A stretch of DNA of 64,000 nt from Antedon mediterranea (taxonomy: Eukaryota > Animalia > Echinodermata): NCBI RefSeq assembly GCF_964355755.1, contig NC_092672.1, positions 22,953,237 through 23,017,236 of the forward strand, given 5' to 3'. How positions within the stretch are numbered: position 1 is the first letter of the stretch; each line of letters starts with the position of its first letter. Shown here one piece after another: positions 63,396-64,000 of the stretch. The notes beneath the pieces are model-generated. The model saw only the letters and a program-made list of their open reading frames with translations, did no database searches and was not told the origin of the DNA. The position numbers and the translations under genes are program-made.

Positions 63396-63453
63396 TATTT
63401 TAGGTTTAAGCTTAAACTGGGAAAATTTTATACACAAATAGTTATTTGTTATA

Positions 63454-64000
63454 GGGCCTGTTTCTGCTGAGCAGAAATAATCGATTATTAATCGATTATT
63501 TTTGGGCAGCAGAAACGTCGCAAAATTAAATAACCTATTAAAAATAACCGATTAAAAACACTCAATCCATTGCATGTTTTAACCGATTATTTCTTGTTTT
63601 AACCGATTATTGCGGAGCAGTTATGAGCTGCAACACAAAAAGCGATTATTGACCACACTTTGTCCTCTAGAGTATGGCAACCCTCACTCACAGAGCATGC
63701 TGTTTATTTGCGCAATCGACGACGATCAACAAAACAATGATGTGGACCGAACATTTGATTGTTATTATTTTGTGGGAGAGAATTATACCGAGAGGATTCT
63801 GCATTACAAGTACACCGTTACATCCCACCCAGTCCAGGCTAACAGTGTTTTGCATGTCCTTTTTTAGGCCTGTTGTTTTCGGTAGAAATTATATCCCAGC
63901 TACTAGGCTAGGCTAGGCAGAGTAGAACCAACAACGAAACGAACTTTCTCGCCGACGTGTCCTTATTAATACATCATTATTCTGTTGTATGTGGTACGGT
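63454..64000. mobile_element. PIF/Harbinger-like element left end (related to the 32333 family), runs off the window
   Basis: GGGCCTGTTTCTGCTG terminus with taa(c/t)cgatta subterminal repeats. Confidence 0.7.

Overview
AT-rich, intron-containing animal genomic DNA. The TE repertoire and frequent TAGGCCTA palindromes suggest a marine invertebrate deuterostome such as an echinoderm; this is inference only. Two host genes were reconstructed by hand. (1) Minus strand, 2022-8481: a complete 10-coding-exon, 705-aa class I cytokine receptor-like gene (signal peptide, Ig, cytokine-receptor homology module with Cx9CxW and an FSDWS variant of WSXWS, one extra FN3, TM, Box1/Box2-like motifs, Tyr-motif tail). 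Upstream of it (about 10.0-16.4 kb, same strand) lie what look like decayed receptor exons (signal peptide, FN3s, a CHR-start exon) broken by TEs. (2) Plus strand: the 5' part of an ankyrin-repeat gene (exons 44855-44915, 45574-45648, 61084-61182), whose second intron is swollen by a nested TE stack. The rest is a dense TE and tandem-repeat landscape: LINE relics (CR1/L2-like including one with a 2A-like/PHD/APE N-terminus, RTE, L1/Tx1), an internally deleted Gypsy LTR element with a tRNA-His PBS, a P-like element with a THAP remnant, a Mutator-like foldback, Harbinger, Sola3, pogo, Kolobok and piggyBac MITEs, an 11.7-kb EnSpm/CACTA element with divergent pseudogenes, two Helitron copies, two Helentron/HINE-like elements, a Penelope-type hammerhead relic and several minisatellites. 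Everything was read by eye without database searches; TE superfamily calls rest on termini/TSD signatures and recalled protein motifs.
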